Translations under genes and position numbers: made by a program
The notes under the pieces: generated by a model
Told to the model about the DNA's origin: nothing
Databases searched by the model: none
Seen by the model: only the letters and a program-made list of their open reading frames with translations
Source of the DNA: Anthoceros angustus
Lineage: Eukaryota; Plantae; Anthocerotophyta
Direction: 5' to 3'
Assembly: GCA_010909165.1 (NCBI GenBank)
Contig: MU008153.1
Span: forward strand, 806,001 to 870,000
Length of the DNA stretch: 64,000 nt
Shown here: positions 12,276-24,450 of the stretch, in pieces
Layout: each line of letters opens with the position of its first letter
Position numbering within the stretch: the stretch's first letter is position 1

Positions 12276-13165
12276 GCTGGTGCATGATCAGCCCTGCTCT
12301 CAGCTTGTTCTTCCAGTCCACCGATCTAGGCAGTGAGGTAGCTGCCGCGAAGGTACATGTTTGTACATTGTACAGCTCTTTCATCAGCTCGATGAAGGCT
12401 TTTTGTTGCTCAAGCTTGAAAGAGTGATCGTTCTCCAAGGAAAGACTAGCAGAATCAATCCAAAAGAATTGTCCAGTACTTTGAGGTCATATCTCTGAGT
12501 TTCTTCTTCCACACGATGGCCTAAGACTCCAGTACCTTGGTGAATAGGATGGAACGAGAATCAGTCCTACCAATCTTGTGGCCTCAGACTCTTCTTGCCC
12601 GAGGAAAAACAGCAAGATAGCTGTGAGCCTTCACAACCTTCAAAGAAAGCAGACACACGTTGGCAGCATTGCACACAGAGTTTGAAGAGACGGTTTCCTT
12701 CCCTCTCCAGTAAATCTCACAACCAACTGATCAGCTTGCACCTGGAGGCTGATCTTGTCCTCACAGCAATCCGCTGTGATGCGGGACTGTCACGCTGCAC
12801 AAGAGCCAAAGATTTGAAGCGAAAACTGCAAAGCCTCACAGGCTCGACACATTGACTGCAATCCGCACAATTGCAGGCCTCGAAGAAGTTCCGTTCTGCC
12901 ACCATTGGATTGCCAACAGCATGTAGTACGCGGCTTCAAGATCAGAGGAGGAAATTGCTCCGGATCTGAGCCTTCATCTCGAATCAAGATTGTCTACAGG
13001 GCCTGCGAATTCCGAAGGGTCTCTTCACGCTTCCGTCATCCATGGACAGAGGACACGGTTCGGCCGCGCTTTGTCTTCAATCCAGCAAGCCTTGCCTTGC
13101 CCTCGGGCAGTGCGCCTCCCATGTTCATCGTTCGACAATGGACATCACTGGCAACCCAAGCCTCA

Positions 13166-13803
13166 AGGGCTGTTCACAACTCGCAGTACGGGCTTGCGGT
13201 AGCGGTAAGCGAAAAGATGTCAGTCTTTCACAAAAAATAGGGTTTCTTGACGCGCCGCTGGACCCCGCACGACTGGGCAGTACGGGACAACGAAACGTGG
13301 TTACTTGAGGGTGTTCCCGTTGGAGCCTGCCCGACCCGACCCGACCCGACCCGGATTGCCTCACACTCCGACTCCGAGCCCGCTCCATTCCACAGGGCTC
13401 GTTCATTAGTTCATGCCTTCATTCGTTCATTCCCAGTATTTGTGCGGTAATAGATCGGGTTTTCATTGTTGGACCCGGTCCCCGATTTCCCCACCTTGCT
13501 GCTTTCGAGGCTTACTCGGCAGTGCGCTTCGGGGTACCTCCGCATTGCTACTGTGGAGAGGACTGCATTTTTTTTTGTTGGTGTTGCTGATATTCAGCAT
13601 ACTATGTTGCAAACGGCCATTTCAGCATACTGTGTCGCAAACGGCCGTATGGGGTATTGCATTTTGTTTTAATGGTGCTTCCCGCATTTCGGCATACTGT
13701 GCCGCAAACGGCCGCATGGGGTACTACATTTTCTTTTAACGGTGCTTCCAGCATACTGTGCCGCAAACGGCCGTATGGGGTACTGCGCGTTGTGAACGGC
13801 CCT
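13166..13803. mobile_element. Tourist-like (PIF/Harbinger) MITE, 638 bp
   Basis: 24-bp TIRs AGGGC(T/C)GTTCACAAC(T/G)CGCAGTAC; flanks TCA / TGA; the paralogous empty site has a single TCA at 24395-24397; internal repeats GCATACTGTG(T/C)CGCAAACGGCCG(T/C)ATGGGGTA x3. Confidence 0.85.
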
Positions 13804-13912
13804 TGACCAGGTCGGTGCACTGTGAAGGAGTGAACGGACAGCCTCCATCGGAGTATTCACACAGTGGAATGCCACAAGCTGGTTAGCTGCATGACTTCTG
13901 TAATCTGAATAG

Positions 13913-14290
13913 GTTGAAGGGTGAAGGGTTCATGAAGGGTGAAGGGTTCATGAAGGGTGAAGGGTTCATGAAGGGTAAGGGTTCATGAAGGGTGAAGGGT
14001 TTATGAAGGGTGACGGGTTCATAAAGGGGGGTGAAGGGTTCATAAAGGGCGGTGAAGGGTTCATGAATGGGGTTGAAGGGTTCATGAACGGGGGTGAAGG
14101 GTTCATGGAGGGGGGTGAAGGGTTCATGAAGGCTGAAGGATTCATGAAGGGTGAAGGGTTCATAAAGGGGGGTGAAGGGTTCATGAAGGGTGAAGGGTTC
14201 ATGAAGGGTGAAGGGTTCATGAAGGGTGAAGGGTTCATGAAGGGTGAAAGGTTCATGAAGGGTGAAGGGTCCATGGAGGATGAGGGAAGG
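13913..14290. repeat. G-rich 18-bp minisatellite (GGGTGAAGGGTTCATGAA)n with 21-bp variants
   Basis: Directly visible, about 20 units; it explains the spurious MNPSPF / MKGEGF ORFs. Confidence 0.95.
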
Positions 14291-15366
14291 GTCCCCGCGT
14301 GACGATTTTAACCCATCATGGCCAGACCAGTTTATAAATGATGTGAGTTGATTCTTTGGACGTCTTTATGAGTAAATTCTCCAAAATATACGGGTATAAG
14401 TAGGTAAAATTATTATAAAATTTTGATAAAATATTAATTATTAATATGTGAGTAATATCGATAAACCTAGGTGGGTCAATGGTTGGATGAACTAAATTAT
14501 GATGTAGTTGGCATGAACTGCCAATCTATGGCATATCGATATGGTCACGCGCCATCCACATTTTTTTTAAGAATACCGATATGGTCACGCGCCATCCATA
14601 TTTTTTTAGGGTTGTGAACAGAAAGAAATAGTCCACCCGCATACGGTAGAACTATTTCGTTATGTCACGCATGACCACATGGGTCTTGGCTGTGGCCACC
14701 CTGTGTATCGATCTCATCAAGCTAATGATGCACAAGAACTTTTGACCATAGTACACACAAACTTTTTTCTATCGCCCACTTGTGGCTAGGGTTTAGGGTT
14801 GCATCTTCTCATGGGCAGTTGTGTGCCCTTGCATCATGCATCTGCTGGGTGGCGTATGTGTGCGGTTGTGTATGGTAGGTCTTCATCGAGGAGTGACGAG
14901 AAATGACACAAAGGGACCCTAAACCCATGCCTAGGCTGAGCCCCTTATGCAGTAGGCTGCGCAAACCTTACCCCCATGTTGTAGCCACGGTCACGTGAGA
15001 ATGAAGCCTGCACGTGAGAGCGAGGCCTTCAGGCGAGAGCGAACCCTACACCCTAAACCTTTTCGCCCAAAAATTTGTGTGTGTGTGTCTTGGCCGTGTG
15101 TTAACATGTATGTATGGTGATCGGAACCCTGAAAACCTAAAGAACAAAACATCTGCATGACACAATGGGAGCACCAAGCAAAAAGTGTGTCATACAAAGT
15201 TTTTGCCCCACGTACGAACGTACCGAAGCCATATTATATGTGTATTGTATAGGAGAATCTTAAAGATGTCGTGGCATATTTCCGTAGAGTACACCCAAAA
15301 GAACAAAGTCACACACACGATGGCGCGTGACCAGCACGGTATTCCATACCAATCCAATAGTGTTCT

Positions 15367-15673
15367 TAGTGTTAATTTCCTAAAAAATAGTTGAACTTGT
15401 AGCATTAAAGTTTTTTTTTGCTATGAAATATAAACATGCATATACATGCTAGAATGTCACCGAAATATAATCAAATCACTAAAAGATAATTAATTAGAAT
15501 ATCACCATAATGTATTAATTGAATGACAACCAACACAAAGAAAAGATTCCCTATAAACAAGATATTAATGACATATTTTGTGTCCAAGGATTAAAACCTC
15601 CATGATAATCATAATGTTTAAAATTATTCATAAAATTAATATATATTTTTTCAACATAAAAAATAGGTTTCTC
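15367..15673 (-). pseudogene. Decayed fragment of the tweety/prominin-like gene at 29822-31408
   Basis: Aligns to 30906-31290 (TTAGTGTTAATTTCCT..AATAGTTGA.CTTGTAGCAT; GTGTCC.AAGGATTAAAACCTCCAT..TAATGTTTAAAATTATTCATAAAAT); translates FMNNFKHYDYHGGFNPW versus FMNNFKHYYGGFNPW. Confidence 0.85.
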
Positions 15674-15779
15674 ATAAGAGTGAATAGATCGCAATGTACT
15701 CAATTGCCAAGTCATACTTCATATTTGTTCAATGCTGCACAACCAATTATCATGAAAACATTTATAACGATGATGAGAA

Positions 15780-16670
15780 ACCTTCTCATGGCAGCCCTAA
15801 TGGACTCCAAAGCCTGGTTTGTGGTTTTTGCAGATCTGCCCTCGCTCCCCACCGTGGAAGCACAAAACTTCTTAAGACTACGGAGCTGAGAAAACGATTC
15901 CAATACCCTAGACCTGCCTTGCACACTAAAATGACAGGTTCTATGCAAGAAAATGGACCCCAAGTCCCACGCAATCGCCTGGCAACATGCCTCGGATGGC
16001 CCCCTCACTCCAGAAGTGGCGGTCAGTTCTCTTGTTGCGCCCTACATCGTCTCGACCGCTCACTGCTTGACGATCGTGCTCTTGGAACTAAGGCTTCCGC
16101 TGCTGGCACTACAGGTTCTACGGGTGGGGCATCAACATCATGCGCATCCCCAAGCTGAGCCCCTTGAAAGCCAGAACTCCCCATATCTTGTGCAGCCCCT
16201 TCACTCCCCATGTCTTGTGCAGCCCCTTCACTCCCCATGTCTTGTGCAGCCCCTTCACTCCCCATGTCTTGTGCAGCCCCTTCAGTAGTTTCTGCACCCA
16301 CCACTAGAGGTGGCACCAGAACACTTTCAATTACAGCCACTGCCAATCTTTTTTCAGTGCTAACCTGCCTCTTTGCTCGCCAAGCACGTTTCCAAGCAGC
16401 ATGCTTGGAGGGTCGGACAACATCCGCCTCGCTCCCGTTGCTTGGCGCCATGTCTCAACACACTCTGAACCCTTCAACCTTCGCAATCCGTGGCCTCGTC
16501 TATCACAAAAAAGTTTGACACCTGGGGCCAAGGGCGATTGAGTACTCTCAACTTCCTGTCAATGTGAATTATAAATTTCAAACTAGGAATCTTCCTCCCG
16601 GGATGAGCCATTCGAGCACTTCCTACGAAAACGAGGTCTAAAATTGAAACCAAAAGTCTCTCTCCCACGG
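15780..16670 (-). mobile_element. Degraded gag/ORF1-like retroelement remnant containing a 27-bp x4 repeat (16176-16284)
   Basis: Low-complexity ORF with EGAAQDMGS x4, then a degenerate zinc-knuckle-like LCFHGGERGQICKNH; the repeat is certain, the retroelement origin is inferred. Confidence 0.35.
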
Positions 16671-19181
16671 AGGAGAGAGAACATACATTTTAAATTTCAA
16701 AGGATTCTCTCTCTTTGGATCAAGCAATGGTGGGAAGGGACTCTCTCTCCCCGTCCAAAGTGTGGTGCCAGCGTCACACATTGAGTGTTACATTTGCACT
16801 TTCATAATTAAATCTAACCACAAATAGTTTCTACCATATATGTATCTTTTTCGTGCTGAATTTTTTTTGAATGCATTTGTCTAGATGGTCACCCTTGCTC
16901 TAAAAAAATTCAGACAAATTGGACATCATTTGATCAATCCAAAATTAACTAAACGAAAAAAGTGGACACATGTGGACATAAATCCGCGTTGCGATTGTTG
17001 CTTACTAACATGGTACACCAAACCACACTACTACCCCACTATGCGAGTGCGATAGAAACGAATTGGGGAGATGCACACCTTCTTCCCGGCGTAGGACAGA
17101 TCACCTCCTCGTGCACAATCAAGCTGCAAGCGTCAAATTACTCCCTCTCCTCGTCCGCTCGAAGGCGTCCGGAGTTGCAGTGATGGAATGGAAGGGGGTG
17201 TAAAACCGGTTTCGTGCTAGGGGACTGTGAGTGGAAATGTTTTCAAAAGGCCTTATATGACAGGCGTAGATTTTAGGGTTCCCCTCGTTTTATCCGCTTC
17301 CCATCCGTAGCTTCCATCGATTCGCTTTCGTACATTTTGTTTGTATTTGATTTTAATTTCATATCTTAATTACACCTCTTAATGGTGGTGTTGTTGTGGC
17401 GGCTAGAGGCGGCGCGATTACTATCGCGTACACTGATTGTTTGTCGTTGGAGATCTAAAAGATGTGCAGTGAGTGGCGCTGCCAGCACCGTTTTTTGGTG
17501 GGTCAGGGCAAGCTGAAGTTGGTGGCTTGCATAGAATAGGACCATTTACCCACGAGTGAACACATTTCCGTCTGTGCTGTAGGTGAAGTGGCGCTGCCCG
17601 CTGCAACGATGTTACAGGAGACGCACAACCATGGAGACTGTGAAGTAAGCGATCTTTGTCTTTTCCAATGCACTCTCTGCGATAAGGTTCCATGGATGTT
17701 CATCTCACAGCCGGTTTTCTTGTTTTCATGTTGCAGGAAGGGAAGAACTTATTGTCTTCGCTGTTCAATCGAGAGCTGGACGCTATGAGAAAAAGGAAAC
17801 GCAATACGAGATTAAATTCTGCCATTCCACCTGTCCCGATGTTGTCGCACATCACACCACAGTCCCCAAATGGTTTGTGGACAGTCGATGGTCAGTGTGT
17901 ACTTTCTGTGTGCATTTCTATGTTCACGTCTATGCCAACATCTGACCATGAGAGGTGATGCCGCATCTCCAGCACTTGTGATCGTCCTAAAGATGGCGCT
18001 TGCCAACGCCCTTTGCAGGGCGATGGAAACCCGTAACCTCTAGGTGGTTGTAACATCTAACTACTTAATAAACTACCTAAAGCCCTAAGAATTAAATTAA
18101 TTAATAGTCTTAGGTGCCCTAGTGAAGAGTGCCCCAAATAGGGTATATTTCATCGTGACGGACGAAAGCCCGGTCGAAAGAAAGCTATTGAAAAGGACTA
18201 CTTCCATGACCGAATCATATCAATTGTGACTATAGAGAGTATGGCTTGGATTCGATCAATTTGATTAGTTGGACAATTCACAGTTGTAAACAAATGAAAG
18301 AAATTTTGATGGAAATGAAATTGATGTTCTCACTTGCATGCACCGAGGGTGAGGGAAAAAGGAAGGGGTGGGGTGGGAAGGCACTGCCATTCGCTAAACC
18401 ATCAATAAGCATTTGTTGTCCTTGGGTCATGGTGCGTGTAATATTATTACGTGTTATTCTAGTTTTTTGTCGAGATATTCTAGCTTGCTCGCAGGCATTC
18501 GCCAAAGGCCAAGGACAAGTAGTCCTATAAGTATAACGTGCAGTAGCTAGTAGGTAGTAGTAGCTACTACCACTCCAACGAAAGTCGTGCGCCCTTGAAA
18601 CAAACCATTTCCGGTTAGTAGGCCCTTCCCTATCTCAGACGGCGACATCTTGGGGGCGGTTGGGGGTTATAGGATAGATTAGTGTGGGGCCACGCCCCCT
18701 GGCTTGGTGCCCTGTTGCCACACAAGCAGACCCTGAGGCTGGTGAGGTGACAGCCCCACCTAATCAGCAACCACATACTGGTAGGTCCACATTCAACTTT
18801 GTTCCGACTATGGAAGTGGTATAGTTGTCATGTATGCTTGAATGTTGCATAGAATTCATGGTCAATGATCGCCTGCTTGCTCAATTTCGGCGCACACACT
18901 ATCACTTGGCATGCCCCTGTGAATAGGATTTGTGTCTGTCTCGGTTTTGAGTAACACTGAGGCTTGGCTAGTGACACTCACTGTCACTAGGCCTGCCTCA
19001 GTGTTACTCGATTTGGCAACTTGATCAGGTTCGGCGATCTATGGATCACGATAAGTGACAAGCCATGGCACATGGCATGCCCATCTGTGGCACATGGCAC
19101 ACTTGTCGTGCTCATGTGTTACAATTGTCATGTGGTCTATGGGTGTAGTGAGAACTATGTCACCCCGTGTAACCCAAAGTT

Positions 19182-20100
19182 TTGTCTGTAACAGGTGAAG
19201 GAACCTCGGCTCACAAGACCGAACTGCAAGAGCTTCTTACTGAACGCCTAGCTCGTGGAGCAGAGGAGGTGATAATTGCAATCGCGTTGGGGTCAGCGCT
19301 GGAGGCTGATGCCACAACAGCCAGAGGCCTCTTAAGGGAGGAGAAGCAACAATTAGGGGAGGTTGCATTTGACATTCGTAAAAGCCTACAAGAGATAGAA
19401 GATTTGGATCGAGTGATCCAAGCGGCGGTTGAAGATACACCTGATCTTCCAGAGCAACGTGCATTGGTGAATCACTTAGGGACCCAATTGCAAGGGTTGT
19501 ATGGTCTTGAAAAGGTCCACTGTTAAAAGGTGGAGGAGCTAGCTCGGGAGTCAGACATCAAAGGTTATGAGCATGAAAAGCAGGCTACTGTCGTGGACCG
19601 CTTGCAGCGGAGTTGGGGTGCATTGCAGCGTCTGAAAGAAGTGGTTGATAGAACAGAGTCCCAAGGTAAGGGCACTGGATGGGTTGCTGCGCCGTTGGAA
19701 AGGAAGAGTGCACCAACCATCTCTGTTAACGCCTGCCCTATTTGTTCCAGGTAATACCCATGATGCCAGGCCACCGAGTGTCGTGGTTGCTGCATCACAA
19801 TTGTGAGCAGATCATGTTGTCTTGTGGGCACATGTACCATGAGCCATGCTTGTTTCAGCATCTGCAAACAACAAACACCTGTGCACTAGACGATTGTATG
19901 CTGGAAGTTGACCCCCGATGGATAAGAGCAAAAGGCTGGAAACTGCAGGCATTTCCCACAATCAGCGATTGGGTCACTGAACAGGTTAAGGAATGGGAGT
20001 CTGAGTTCATGAACCTCCTGAAAGATCCAGATCACTTCCTCACACAGCTGGACAAAGTACAACGTCCAGTGCAACAGGAGATCCCACTGGCCGCTTCTCC
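19182..20100 (+). pseudogene. Coiled-coil plus RING-H2 finger pseudogene, probably transposon-associated
   Basis: ORFs 19182-19526 and 19530-19754 are in one frame separated by TAA; CPICS...SCGHMYHEPCLFQHLQTTNTCALDDC fits C-x2-C..C-x-H-x2-H-x2-C..C-x4-C across a frame change. Confidence 0.6.
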
Positions 20101-20972
20101 ATGTATCTCTGTCTATACAGGCTTATTCATTGTGTTGTGCAGTTGGTTGGCCCGTCGACATTATGCTCCTTCAGGTAGGATCTTGACAGCAATATTCCTT
20201 TTGTCATTTGTGCAGCATGTTATGAGAAGCTTCCACTACTATCTAGTGGATCTCGCCATGTTCCTATAAGGAACACCCAAAATTTATTTTCCGAGGCACC
20301 AGAGAATTGGTTGGGTTGGCCTGGCTCCATTTGTATTGTGCTTGCTTCGGATGAAAGGAGGATTTCGGTTGCTACCCCTCCTTTTGTCAGGAAGCCAATA
20401 GTGGAGGTGCAAGTCATGGCAACTAAGCATGCAAGTGGACAGACCACTGAAGTGGGAGAGCAGGCCGGCACTGGGATGTGTGATGAGTCGGACGAGCTGC
20501 ATACAAATGACACACCTCCAAATTAAACTTACCCCGGGATGTGGTGGAGGCCATGGAAGCTTTGGAATCTGCAGATGCCTTGCAGGACACACATGATCAG
20601 ACCCCCTGGTCCGGACTTTCTCTCCGCTCACACTGACCGCTGTTACAGACTGCGCAAGGGTAGCCTGATTTGGGTCTGACTATTGTGCTGGTGTGACATC
20701 CGAATGTGTCTCCGTCTCTACCTCAGGTGTTTCTTTTTCCAGCTCTGTTGACTTCGTGCCCACTACTAATGATCCTTTTTCCACCTCAGCTGCACTTCAC
20801 CTGCCACTTGATCATGCACCAACTCCACACATGGTGGTGGCAGCATACATGCTAGTGCCTCCATCTCCAGCTCATGGTGCGCTGAAGGTGCTACCTGGGG
20901 TGGCATGGTGTTGACAGTACCAAATGGAGGTCAAGGCAATCGACTAAGACAAAGTGACCGACAAAATCGAGA

Positions 20973-21110
20973 GTGGTTGCAGAGCCAGTGGACCCAGCAG
21001 TACGCGAATTGGAGCCCGGAGACAACTATGTGGTGGCAGCTGAGGATGACAATGATGAACACGTAGAATTCTACGTCCTCAAGTGCATCAGGGGAGTTCA
21101 TAAGTTGCCT
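20973..21110 (+). mobile_element. Fragment resembling a DNA-transposon C-terminal domain
   Basis: LEPGDNYVVAAEDDNDEHVEFYVLKC loosely parallels IQTGHMIAVP..DANNRLFWLAKV in the Sola-like relic at ~27480-27570. Confidence 0.3.
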
Positions 21111-21324
21111 GCTTCGAAGCGCTCAACGCATCTGCTCTCACCTTCCATCCTCCCCCACACCATTTCACATTCTCCTCAGCCCTGTGTATCTCGTAATGAG
21201 CTTGAACATGCTGCGCTACAACTCGTCGGCTAACCCCAATAACGCGACCCTTGGCAACTGCACCCGCATCTTGGCCTACACCTTGTGACAGAACAATGTT
21301 CATGAAGGTCTGTCGAGCTTTCAA

Positions 21325-21430
21325 CTTTAAAAAATAGAATCCACGTATAGGTACTTGGAGTTTTCGCAGTTTCGCGAATGAGTGCATCAGCGAAAATCAA
21401 AAGAGAGCTTGCTACAGCCAAAATCCACTA
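21325..21430 (-). repeat. Fragment of the 5' leader of the tweety-like gene
   Basis: AGTTTTCGCAGTTTCGCGAATGAGTGCATCAGCGAAAATCAAAAGAGAGCTTGCTACAGCCAAAATCC matches 31437-31510 AGTTTTTGCAAGTTTGCGAATTAGTGCATCTGCAAAAATCAAGAGAAAGATCTTGTTACAGCCTAAATCC. Confidence 0.75.
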
Positions 21431-21448
21431 AGTGGAAACATGATTAAA

Positions 21449-24400
21449 ATTTTTCATCCAACTTCATCTCTTCGAGAAGCACGCACGTGTTATCTCATCT
21501 GGCGCGAAGAGCCTTGGCAATTACAAAACAAGCACAGAATACTCCAAATCTATGCAAACCGCGAGAGGCAGCAGGTTGCAGAACTGCACCAGCACTTTCA
21601 ACTGATATCCCCAACTCTCATCCCTGGTCGCTGTGTCATCGGCTGCTGAATCTACAACTCTTCCTCCCCAAAATTGGGCCACCTGCTTTGACATGCATGT
21701 TTGCGGGCCAGGTTGCTGCACTTCACATCCGAAAACTCTGGCTCCTCACAGAGTTCCAGCATCCCTGCTCCAAATCCACCAGTCTGTGAGAATGGAAGGG
21801 AGGGCAGACATAACAGAGTCAACCTTGTGAATAGGTTAGGATCAATATCAAAGTTTGCAAATCGGTAAGAACGTTCATTCTCCTGGAGAAAAGCTGCATA
21901 TTCGTAGCCTCGTTGCGCGCAATAGGCAATAAGCCTCGCAAGAGGCAGGCGTTTCATTATCTAGAGTTTTTGAGACACTTGTTGCAACTTCCCGGCCAGG
22001 AAGAAAGCTGCCAGCATGGAGAGTCCATCGTACCGGACAGGATGTGACCACTCGCACACATGGCTATTCACAAGGGCAGAGGTTTACAGAGAGTTCTCTC
22101 GCCACCGTCAGCTGTCTTCGATTTGTGGGTCTTTGCTTTCATACAGTTGGGATGAATTGTATGATGTTATTATCACTCTCTGAGATCTGGATGGCAGATG
22201 AATCCAGAGAAGATTTGTCCCGTGAGACTGTTTTGTAAACTGTGGGGCTCCTCCTCTTCTGCATCACTTCAATTTAGAGTAAAGATGTGTAAAGCACTGC
22301 AAGCTGAGCAGCAATTAGTAATGCAAGCCTCTATCAATTCGACCAACCTGCAGAAGTGCAAAGGGCAAAGTGCAAAGTGCTAAAGGGAGTACATATTTGG
22401 TAAGTCCATAGCATCGTGGAAACTTTGAAGTGGTACTACGTGTTGTGAGGAGTTGACTCAAACAGCCAGTTCCACAATAGGGTGACGCCAACCATTTGAG
22501 GACTTCAGACACCGCCGAGTCTTGCGCATGGATAACCACACCGAGTCTGTTCCCAGTACAGGCGGCGTCCTTCCTCCTCCTCCATAAATCTGGGGTTGCC
22601 CATGCTGTAAGTCAGTTTTCCCTGCTCCTCTCCAGTTGGCGAGGTCCTTGCTTCAGCATCAGATCACAGCTCTTGCAGGCTGTGGACTTGTGTACTGTTT
22701 GGAGCCTGATCAAACAAACATGGCCACATTTCGTGCAACTCTGTTATGTCTCCTCCTGATGGCTCTTTCTTACAGTATGTGGATGGAGGGAGCTTCAGCG
22801 CTACCTAAACGAAGCAACTGCCCGGTGTCTGGCCGGAAGGTGAGTGGAAGTCAAGCTGCTCAGGGGAGAAATGAAGATCTGTCCGTCTCTGTGAGATTCT
22901 CACAAGTGCATGTCACGCAATGCAGCTCTGCGCGGAAGTGTCACAGTCTGTGAAGCTCACCTGCTGCAAGCCAAATCCAGCCTCACCTTACAACTACCCC
23001 AGGCACGGCTGCGTGGATCTGCGCTCCAATCCCGGCTTCTGCGGCTCTTGCACCAATATCTGCAAGAAAAGAGAGACCTGCGTGGCAGGAAAATGCGTTC
23101 CTGTGAAAGTCTGCAAGATTGCTTGCATCAAGGGGTACACCTGCTGCAACGGCCAGTGCGTCGATACTCAAACCGACAACCACAACTGCGGGAAATGTGG
23201 CGTCTCTTGCGGACCCCCCAAGGGCCAAGTCGGGCTGCTCAAGTTCTGTCGTAATGGAGAGTGCGTGATCTAGGCTGGTGCGTGATCAGCCCTGCTCTCA
23301 GCTTGTTCTTCCAGTCCACCGATCTAGGCACTGAGGTAGCTGCGGCATTTTGCTACATGTGTATACACTGTACAGCTCCTTCATCAGCCCGATGAAGGCC
23401 TTTTGTCGTTTAAGCTTGAAAGTGTGATCGTTAAGTGTCGCAAATAATTCTGAAGAATCGATCCAGTACTTTGAGGTAATCTCTCTGAGTGTCTTCTTCC
23501 ACGCGATGACCCAAGACTCCAGTATCTTGGTGAACACGATGGAGCGAGAAGGATGTCTGCAGTCCTACCAATCTTGTGGCCTCGGACTCTTCTTGCCCGA
23601 GAAAAAGGAGCAAGATAGTTGTAAGCCTTCACAACCTCCAAAGAAAGCAGACACTCGTTGGCAGGATTGCACACACAGTTTGAAGTGACGGTTTCCTTCT
23701 TTTTCCAATAAATCTCACAACCCGCTGATCAGCTTGCACCAGGAGGCTGATCTTGTCTTCCACAGCAATCCGCTGTGATGCGGGACTGTCACGCTGCACA
23801 AGAACCAAATTTGAAGTGAAAACTGCAGAGCCTCACTGGCGCGACACCGTGACTGCAATCCGCACAATTGCAGGCCTCAACGAAGTTCCGTTCTGACACC
23901 ATTGGAGTGCCAACACCAAGTACGCGGCTTCAAGAACAGAGGAGGAAATTCCTTCGGATCTGACATCTTCATCTCGAATCAAGATTTTCTACAGGGCCTG
24001 CAAATTCCGCATGCACATCTTTTCTTCACCTCCAGTTCCGAATTCGGGCACAGTCGCATTCCGGGCACAGGAAGAGGATGCAGGATGAACGGACTGTCCC
24101 GTAGGCTAAGGTAGCGGACAGCTCTGCCGCAATGGACGTCGTCCGTTACAATGTGGAAGTACTCGCCACTGGCCAGCGCACGAGGCGGTGCCTCCTCCGC
24201 GGTCGGGACGATCTGGGAGCCTGGCTGGTCAAGCGCAGCTCCGCCGTTCAGTCCAGACGAGGTAGTTGCAGTGTGAACAGTGCGCATAGCACGCTGGTCT
24301 ACGCGCCTCGCGTGCTTTGCATTTCGTGTGCGGATCTCTTCACGCTTCCGTCATCCATGGTCATCAGTGGTCATTATCAATGGCAACCCCAGTCTCACCC

Positions 24401-24450
24401 TGTCGGTGCACTGCCAAGGAGTGGATGGACAGGCTCCATTGGAGTGTTCG
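21449..24450 (+). repeat. Segmental duplication copy B (paralog of 10018-13858)
   Basis: See copy A; contains STIG1 copy B and the MITE-free empty site. Confidence 0.9.
22720..23273 (+). CDS. STIG1-like secreted cysteine-rich protein, copy B (exons 22720-22839, 22926-23273; 155 aa)
   Basis: Signal peptide MATFRATLLCLLLMALSYSMWMEGASA; GTGAGT..TGCAG intron; same cysteine skeleton as copy A. Confidence 0.9.

Larger units (their letters stand above)
10018..13858 (+). repeat. Segmental duplication copy A (paralog of 21449-24450)
   Basis: Colinear similarity from TTCA(T/C)(T/C)CAAC...GCACGCACGTGTTA to GTCGGTGCACTG..AAGGAGTG; copy A has ~490 extra bp near 10430-10920 and a MITE; copy B has ~320 extra bp near 24010-24335. 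Confidence 0.9.

Noticed and set aside
13966-14302. MNPSPF / MKGEGF repeat ORFs
   Set aside because: Translations of the 18-bp minisatellite.
16761-16780. TGGTGCCAG as an LTR primer-binding site
   Set aside because: No adjacent LTR end or paired LTR found.
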